A DNA stretch of 64,000 nt from Paraphysomonas bandaiensis (lineage: Eukaryota > Protista > Chrysophyceae), in contig CBFFRP010000127.1 of NCBI GenBank assembly GCA_965644295.1, forward strand, positions 1 to 64,000. Reading direction: 5' to 3'. The position numbers were made by a program, and so were the translations under genes. Shown piece by piece: positions 63,728 through 64,000 of this stretch (position 1 is the stretch's first letter; every line of letters starts with the position of its first letter). The notes below the pieces were generated by a model, which made no database searches, was not told the origin of the DNA, and saw nothing but the letters and a program-made list of their open reading frames with translations.

Positions 63728-64000
63728 TTTTTCTTTCATTGACACATTCCTTACTCATTTTCTAACACACAAAACGTTATGTAAATGCAGGTAAATGTCA
63801 TCGTTATTATCGTACCATTTGAGTCCATTTTCAATTACAACTTTGAATTCTGGAGCGAAGTGGATGATTTGAGTCAAAATTGCGACAGAGAAGACAGATC
63901 ACGATATGTGGATGTCATGTCAGATATTCGTCGCGACTTTCTTACCATAATGGTTGGCTCTGTGCTGGCAACATCTATTTGTGTGATATACTTCATTCTC

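Overview
Eukaryotic nuclear DNA with short GT-AG introns (mostly about 50-70 nt). The protein families suggest a phagotrophic protist, plausibly a stramenopile such as a chrysophyte (inference). About 21 protein-coding genes are supported: ABCA transporter, bacterial-type ATP-grasp ligase, FolD, formate-THF ligase, SET protein, LtrA-family membrane protein, DEP-domain/flavoprotein disulfide reductase fusion, GH25-type lysozyme, SDE2, ABC1/UbiB kinase, AGC kinase, internally duplicated PHB-depolymerase-like esterase, secreted nucleoside-hydrolase-like protein, MAP2K, C2-domain protein, PAP2 phosphatase, PSTAIRE CDK, glycine amidinotransferase, GH20 hexosaminidase, MUS81 and one hypothetical. 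The most striking higher-order signal is that the first 20 genes alternate strand perfectly, forming 10 head-to-head pairs. Their mostly 0.3-0.95 kb divergent spacers share a GTATAC/CTGTA/TACAG-rich composition. Every clearly delimited transposon insertion lies downstream of gene 3' ends. Mobile elements include a ~0.5 kb SINE-like family with 12-16 bp TSDs and a conserved, covarying 3' RNA structure, an RNase H-bearing LINE relic, MULE-like elements (9 bp TSD) and hAT-like MITEs (8 bp TSD). Gene spans include introns and were assembled by eye.
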